Positions 44,568 through 45,922 of a DNA stretch of 45,922 nucleotides are shown piece by piece; positions within the stretch are counted from its first letter, which is position 1, and every line of letters begins with the position of its first letter. Origin of the DNA: Polymyxa betae A26-41 (lineage: Eukaryota > Protista > Endomyxa: Phytomyxea); NCBI GenBank assembly GCA_003693705.1, contig RBZT01000690.1, positions 1 to 45,922 of the forward strand. The letters are read 5' to 3'. Below the pieces are notes generated by a model that searched no databases, was not told the origin of the DNA, and saw only the letters and a program-made list of their open reading frames with translations. Both the position numbers and the translations under genes were made by a program.

Positions 44568-45922
44568 TAGAGATGGCCCGCGGCTCGCCATGAGCCGACT
44601 CGGGGTGGATTTCGAGTCGGATCGAGTCGACTCAGCATGGCTCAGAAAATGTAATCCTGCGTTGTCGCCAGATCAACGTTTTTCTTGTGATTGAAGAACT
44701 ATTATGAGTATCATATGCAATTAATAGAATTTCACGAAAATATTAACGATATACGGTTTTGGTGTTTAACATTTTAGATTAGAATCAAACAAAGTCCGTG
44801 ACGGACCGTGCGTTGACGCTTAGTCGCTCCCCTTGTTCGTGGTCGTGGACGTCTCACGTCTGTCCTGGACGTTTTGTCGTGGTCTCCTCTTCCGATAGCT
44901 TAGCCTGTCTGGAGCTCATAGAGTCACCGTCTTCAGCCACCTGCACGTCCATGCCATCGCTGGCGGATGTCGTGGACATCACTGGAGCAGAAAATTTCGG
45001 CCCAGATCAGTTGTTGAATGACGCAGCGACCGAGGGGTCTGCCTCTAAAAGCTCTGATGTCTGGGAATTTTTCGAAATTCTCAATAAGGATGAGAAGATC
45101 ATATACCGTTGTAAGCTGTGCAAGCATTCTTACGACACACGGAGCACTGGGAACTTTTGAAAGCATTTAAAAGTTAAGCATCCTAAAAGGTACCGCATAA
45201 ATGACCATCAGCTAGTTTGGCTAATTACTTGTCAAGATATATTCCAACGCTGCCAAAGGGTCAACAAAAAATACCTGGTGCGTTTATTCTGAAGCGTCGA
45301 CGATATTCGGAAGAAGAAGGGAATGTTGGAAAGATGTCACAGCTGAAAAAGGACGAAGCTAATGAACTCTTGATCGACATGCTGATTGCAGGATATCACT
45401 CCTTTAGAATGGTTGAGCAAGAGAATTTTATTCGTTTCTGTTACGTTCTTGAAGATCAGTATACTCTTCCATCACGAAAGGTTATAAAGAGTCGCGTCAA
45501 AGATTTCATCTGCAAAGTAAAGCAGAGACTATTCTTCACGTGCGAATTGCTACTGAAGGGCGAAGAGTTGGTATAACCACAGATTTGTGGACGTCGCCAA
45601 CCAAAAAAGGCAAATAACTTGCTGTCCGTTTGAAATCACTATTCTGAGAGTATCCTCTAGGATACATGGCAGTTACTCTACACTGGATGGTCGATGAATT
45701 TGAAATGCAAACCGTCTTGATCGCATTTCCCCGAGTTGTGTATCCTCATGCATCGCAAAACATTGCTAACGCTTTATTGATGCTATCAAGGATTTCGACC
45801 CTGTCCTTTTAAAGCGCATCTGGGCGATAACAGCCGATAATGCCAGCACCAACGTTGCTATGCTGTCACATCATGACCCAGCTGCGGATCAGAATGATGA
45901 TGATTGTGTCGTTTGTCTCCTA
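44568..45922 (+). mobile_element. hAT (Ac-like) DNA transposon, left end plus inactivated BED-finger transposase; runs off the window
   Basis: TAGAGATG terminus at 44568 and GAGTCGACTC subterminal motifs. SDVWEFF..CKLC..STGNF*KHLKVKH BED finger with an in-frame TGA; SFRMVEQENF..YTLPSRK, TTDLWTS, YMAVTLHW, ITADNASTN; frameshifts. Confidence 0.9.

Noticed and set aside
3113-44645. Whole gene region as one giant composite hAT transposon
   Set aside because: The termini appear to point outward rather than enclosing the region, there is no TSD, and the cargo is ordinary housekeeping genes.

Overview
Eukaryotic scaffold from a compact, intron-rich flagellated protist. Introns are mostly ~45-60 nt GT-AG and intergenic gaps are tiny. 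A plasmodiophorid/Phytomyxea-like host is my inference from style and from TTT(T)AGGG motifs, not a proven assignment. The window has four zones. (1) 1-2310 is an extremely AT-rich, intronless, virus-like block (PIP-box ORF end, mosaic palindromic repeats, orphan ORF, RING ORF behind a duplicated AAAACTGA motif), cut off by a 62-N gap. (2) 2373-3800 holds foldback/MITE and hAT-like remnants. (3) 3960-40662 is a gene-dense host region: exportin-5-like, degenerate class II photolyase-like, intron-containing bacterial-type APH-kinase/P-loop fusion, LRR-IQ protein, SET-less Trithorax-like PHD/FYR protein, DNALI1, coiled-coil and IQ proteins sharing overlapping stop codons, bZIP, calnexin, redoxin, BTB-like, SAC3-domain and a BLTP2/Hobbit-like lipid bridge with an internal DysF domain. 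(4) 40700-45922 contains decayed PIF/Harbinger and hAT transposons. The best leads are telomere-type repeats at intron branch-point positions and just upstream of start codons, BLTP2-DysF, the pseudo-photolyase, the SET-less Trx reader, the bacterial-type kinase gene and the giant-virus-like block. All homology calls are from motif recognition by eye; no searches were run.
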